From NCBI RefSeq assembly GCF_018350175.1, contig NC_058377.1, positions 100,626,001 through 100,690,000 of the forward strand: a stretch of 64,000 nt of DNA, given 5' to 3'. Positions 63,281-64,000 of the stretch are shown here, piece by piece; position 1 is the stretch's first letter, and the number at the start of each line of letters is the position of its first letter. The stretch comes from Felis catus (Eukaryota). The notes beneath the pieces were generated by a model. It ran no database searches, was not told where the DNA came from, and saw only the letters and a program-made list of their open reading frames with translations. The translations under genes were made by a program, and so were the position numbers.

Positions 63281-64000
63281 TTGAAACTATTTAAAACCAC
63301 TAGATTATGCGAAACGACCAAAATAGAAAACAAAAGAGCTCTAAGGCCTGAGCCCTGTGACAGTCTGACACAGAGTTTAGTGAGAAGAACAAGTTCAATG
63401 AAGAGAAACTGAGACATAGTTTTTACATGCACGGACAACCAGAACTATGATGACCCCAAGGCCAAGTCAAAATGTCTCAGGGTAAAAAGAGAGATCAACT
63501 CTGTGAAATTCCAGATACATCAACGTAAAAACCATTGACAGTCCTGCAAAGGACAGTTTCAGTGAAGGAAGAGAGGAGGTAATCTGATTTGAGAAACTAA
63601 ATAAACCTGAGCGTAGGGAAATTATATACAGTGAGTACAAGATGAGAAAAAAAAATCAGAATTGGGGACATGGGGAAGAAAAATAAAGGACAAAAGAGGA
63701 TTTTGTTTGTTTGTTTCATTTAATTTATTTTTATGGTTACTCTAAGTAGGCTCGTGCACATCTGTTCAAGCCCTACTCTGGAGTTCCGGTAGAAATGTCA
63801 GGAATTAGACAAAGAACAACTAAGAATGTATGTTAGCGTATTTTTCAAGAATTTTAAGTATGTGATATTTTCACTTCCATTTTTTTGGGTATTTTAAATG
63901 GAGTCACAACAATAGGCTATTCTCCTCTTTATGTTCTTCACCCATTTTAGGAAAGCCTCAGCAATAATAACCCATCTTTATTTAGCATGTCTCCTGTATC

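Noticed and set aside
1-64000. tRNA genes, or a Greek-island/H-like enhancer or other novel system
   Set aside because: tRNA-like A/B boxes belong to SINE heads. I saw no exact AACTTTTTAATGA or clear clustered homeodomain-O/E composite by eye; a motif scan with conservation data would be needed to exclude one.

Overview
Mammalian, AT-rich, repeat-dense genomic DNA, almost certainly from a cat-family (Felidae) genome: it holds about 35 carnivore tRNA-derived SINEs (Can-SINEs), including the young SINEC_Fc type, plus felid L1 3' ends. The window covers part of a class II olfactory receptor (OR) family-4 cluster with five single-exon OR coding regions. Three are intact OR4P4-like genes (7359-8288 +, 43903-44841 +, 49539-50477 -), one is an intact, more divergent OR4 gene (19410-20345 +), and one is an OR4P4-like copy broken by a 1-bp deletion (32346-33274 +). 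The rest is intronic or intergenic DNA with L1, MIR, L2, MaLR LTRs, a decayed ERVL provirus (gag/RNase H/integrase/dUTPase relics), Tigger2-type and MER96-like DNA transposons, microsatellites and two assembly gaps. I found no convincing novel biological system. The most interesting signals are a paralogous non-coding block with a splice donor 3-6 kb upstream of four OR genes, patchy gene conversion among the OR copies, and nested transposon structures. Repeat family names and comparisons to human ORs come from remembered consensus sequences and were not searched.
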